Positions 60,576 to 64,000 of a DNA stretch of 64,000 nt are shown one piece after another. The translations under genes and the position numbers were made by a program. This DNA is from Oikopleura dioica (Eukaryota; Animalia; Chordata). The stretch covers positions 3,658,001-3,722,000 of the forward strand of contig OU015568.1 of NCBI GenBank assembly GCA_907165135.1. Direction: 5' to 3'. How positions within the stretch are numbered: the first letter of the stretch is position 1; each line of letters begins with the position of its first letter. The notes under the pieces are model-generated. The model worked only from the letters and a program-made list of their open reading frames with translations. It had not been told where the DNA came from and did not search any database.

Positions 60576-61626
60576 ATGTCCAGTCCGCCTTCAATAATAT
60601 CATACAGCGACCTAACAGCAAATACTCCTAGTAATTTTTACGAGAACCAGAATCAGAGGGGACAAAATTCAGGTTGAATTCTATTACCAAAATCTTTTCT
60701 GAGAAAAATTTCTAAGGAATTTCGAGAGAAGAGATACTTGAACTGATCGACTTGAAAAACCAGCCTCTTTGGAAAGTATTTGGAGACTTTCAAATAGCAG
60801 CACAGAAAGAAAGATATGAATTGGAAAAAAGAATTGATTCCCTTGAAACTCTGGCAGAAAAACTATTCGACGAAAATAAGGAGCTCAAGAACAATAGCGA
60901 AAATCTAAAATTAACTAATGATTATCTCGTCGACGACTTAGAAAAGATGAGAATCGATAATGAAAAACTGCTTAAGAAATTGAAGGAAAAATGGGAGAAC
61001 TCGAAAATTCAAGAAGAAAATAAAAAAAGAACTAGAGAGATCCAAGATTTACGCCAAGAACTGCGGTCCATAAGCAAAGGCATACATCTGAGGATTACCG
61101 AAAGCTTCGTTGACAATGGAATTTTTCCAAACTCCATTTCCAGTTCATGTGATGATTATGGACGCAAAGAGATAAAAAATGCTTTGAATATACTAGCATC
61201 AGGACTAAGAACCATTAAAATACAGGTAAAGATTTTGGCAATTGATTTATTTCTTTTAGATAATAAAGAATAACAATTAATTGATCTCATTCGAAAGAAC
61301 ATTAACATGAAAATGGTTTTTAGTTCATACCGATAAGTTCGAGTAAAGATTCACGATGCTTTGACTTTAAAGAAGCTGGTTGGAGTATACAATTTTATTC
61401 AGGTTTAGCTAATGATGCAAAAGCAAATAGGAACGAACATATTCGTTCTTTGAAAGTAACAAATCCAGGTACCAATTAAATCTAGAAATATGATGCTTGC
61501 AATTCATTTTTTTCTCGGGTAATTTTTTTAGATGGTGACGCGAAATTTCAAGCAGAAATTACACAAGAATCGTTATCCTCACCCCGCGGAAATGTCATTT
61601 TGAGCTTATTACGACTCTTACGTTAA
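60576..61626 (+). CDS. Coiled-coil protein, uncharacterised (ends approximate)
   Basis: Heptad-rich ORF 60752-61273 (ELEKRIDSLETLAEKLFDENKELKNN...). An upstream ATG exon begins at 60576 and probable downstream exons follow. Confidence 0.6.
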
Positions 61627-61724
61627 GCTGAGAGTGCATAAAAAATGTACGCTCATAGATTAAAAACACTCAAGTTTTTCTCTTTTTATCAAAAGTTATT
61701 GAGGTAAAATTGGTCGATAACTTA

Positions 61725-62188
61725 TTAGTTTTGATTTAGAGAGCCGAAAGATGAAAAGACTGATTGAATAAAGTCTCCATACCCGTTTTTAAGATTTAAA
61801 AAACCCTGGAACCTCCTTGTTAATAATAACTCGTAAAAATTTGCAAAAACCCAAAAAGTCGGGGTAGAAATTGTTCCAGGCAATGTAGCGGTGTAAGGAT
61901 AATGAATTTCCAGAGAATCCTTGGGGATCCAAGAATCCTCGGACTTCAACAAAAAGCAAAGAAATTTTGATTAGTAAAAAATTTGGAAGAAGCCATATCG
62001 TTACTTTTGGTACTCTCTATCCGGAATCTGTTGTTCTTGTTTCCTTTCTGTAGCCTTTCGACTAAAAATCGAAATAAAAATTGATAATAAAAAATCTTCA
62101 TTAGAAAAGAATCCTTGAAACATTCGAAATCAAGCATGCCTAGAATCTGACGGTAACAGCAACGCCTGACTTTTTCAACGTGAGACAA
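61725..62188 (-). CDS. Possible small uncharacterised gene
   Basis: Two abutting minus-strand ORFs with protein-like composition, downstream of the ABCG gene. No recognisable domain. Confidence 0.3.
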
Positions 62189-62779
62189 GTGTAAATTTTT
62201 ACGTACAATTTCGCAGGCAAAAGCATTTCTCCGTCACGTGTATTTGCGAAACGCGTGAGCAAGGACCGGCGCGATAAGGAAAAACTTTCCAACCGCTGTT
62301 TGTTTAGAAAGAAAGTGAATTTTTTTCAACAGTTCTGAAAACTTTTCAACGATAATATTTGCCCCAAAAAAGCTGGATTCATCCTTCTTTCCGAAAAAAA
62401 ACAGAAAATGTCGAAAACGATTGACAAGAATCTTTTTTTTTTTACTGAGTCGAATTTCTTTGAAAGAAAAAATCTTATGATGATTGAAATTTAATTCTGA
62501 GTCCGGGTCATCACCTGATCATCAAGGAAGTTGGGTCAGTTGCGCACGTTCAAATCTGTAGAATTCTGTTCTTACGAGTTCGTAAAACTGCATCTTTGCG
62601 TTACGAAGAGCGATAATAATTACGTGGTTGATAGAGCTTATCAGTGTGTTAAAACGTTGAAATCTCATGGCTATCGACCACGAAATTCAACGAACGAAAT
62701 GCGATATGCATTCATTTCAAATAAGTTTTGTAAATCAAATTTTTGAAAAACAAGAGAGGATACCCTTAAATATTGTATT

Positions 62780-63757
62780 TTAAAAAGATGAACTTGGTGG
62801 ATCAGTTTCAATACTTTCGACATCAGAACTTTCTCTTTTTTCATATTTTTTCTTTCTAAAGAATTCAGAAACTTTCTTATGAATCCTTGCTGACAGTATT
62901 AAGCGTAATTTCACAGCGCAGAAGGCAAGAAGTCGTAAAGCCGCGTAAAACACCAGTAAGACCATCCAATCTCTTGTAAGGTCGTTGCTCGTGATCTCGC
63001 GATTTTCAAGGACTAGGAGCGGAGAGTTACAGTCGGGAACTGAGCAGGTTGGCCAATCGCAAGGAGGATTGATGGAGGGAGCAGGGTTACTGGAGTTTGA
63101 CGGTTCTTCAGAGGATTCTTAGTCGAGAGTTCGGAAATAAGCCTTTTATCAAACCTCAGTTTCAACCGCATTTTATCATTTTTTTCACTTCTAACTGAAA
63201 TTAAGTCCTCCTTATTACTCCTTCCTGGGCAAAAAAGCGGAGCTCTCGGTGGAACTTGGTAAAATGTCCCGTAAATTGAAATCACCAGCGCGTCGAATGA
63301 GTAAAACCCGTATGAGGTGTACGAAATCCAACGTAAGTATTTAACGATGTTCTTGACGGGCACGAAAAATCCAGCGAAAAGAAGCACTGGTATACAAGCC
63401 AAAGGGCCGATGAAAGATGAGGACTAAAATCACAAAGTTCAACTGCTGTCGGAGCTACTGTACCTCGACTGAAGGAGCCACGGCGCCGATGAGAAGCCCC
63501 ATTGACGCGGAAACAAGAGAGTTGATGATACAAATCGTCGAAAACATGAAAAAACGAGCAGGAGATTGAACTTGCGATGTCATGAAATAAGAAATAACAA
63601 GGTAGATGTAGTCGAAGATAATTTGAAAAGGAAGCTCAGCCAGTGTTATAGCCAGGAAATACGGGCCCACGTTGTACCAGCGATTGCGTACTTCCCGCAT
63701 CATTACGGATATTTCTAAAAACACTGTGTTTTCAAATTGGTCAACTTGATAAGGTAT
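62780..63757 (-). CDS. ABCG/White-family half transporter, 3' exons (TMD); gene continues beyond the window
   Basis: FLEISVMMREVRNRWY.VGPYFLA.TLAELPFQI, SMGLLIGA, LLFAGFFV...LRWISY.SY..Y.F.AL, and final WMVLLVFYAALRLLAF. These match the ABCG1/4-type membrane domain. Confidence 0.92.
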
Positions 63758-64000
63758 CAATGGTTATCCCTCATTAATTGATAACAGCTTAAGTCTGGGC
63801 TCGGCAACCTGTGTACAAAACCTGAGTCAGGGTCTGAAAGCGGCTTTTTATTGAAGATCTTTCAGAACCTGACTCAGGTTTTCTACTCAGGTTTCCGAGC
63901 CTAGGACCCATAAAATAGGGGTTTATGCAGCACTATAGTTTCTGTTTATCTACTCACGGATGGGGAAAACAAGCAAGGATGGCATGATTGCAGAAAATTG

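Overview
Eukaryotic, AT-rich, gene-dense animal DNA with very short introns, several needing non-canonical GA-AG or GG-AG boundaries. This style points to the larvacean tunicate Oikopleura dioica (inference, not a database hit). About 20 protein-coding loci can be read: an EGF-repeat/ZP protein, a divergent paralog pair, an SLC16/MCT transporter, a RAD6/UBE2A-like E2, a claudin/PMP22-like protein, an Ig/FN3 receptor, a Cys/Thr-rich secreted protein, glutaminase, a trypsin-like protease, a giant non-classical cadherin, a Glu-rich disordered protein, small secreted proteins, a carbohydrate sulfotransferase, a coiled-coil protein and the 3' end of an ABCG transporter. There is one tRNA-Asp(GTC) and many non-autonomous DNA transposons, three of them hAT-type with 8-bp target duplications. 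The most notable observations are: (1) a 641-bp foldback element inserted at a TA inside a cadherin coding exon, whose removal restores the frame exactly; (2) a RAD6-like E2 with its catalytic Cys replaced by Ser; (3) a 2.1-kb intronless tandem duplication inside the cadherin; (4) an intron present in one of two adjacent paralogs and absent in the other; (5) a spliced gene at 46.9-47.4 kb that the ORF track only partly shows. All gene models were read by eye, so exon boundaries are approximate unless stated.
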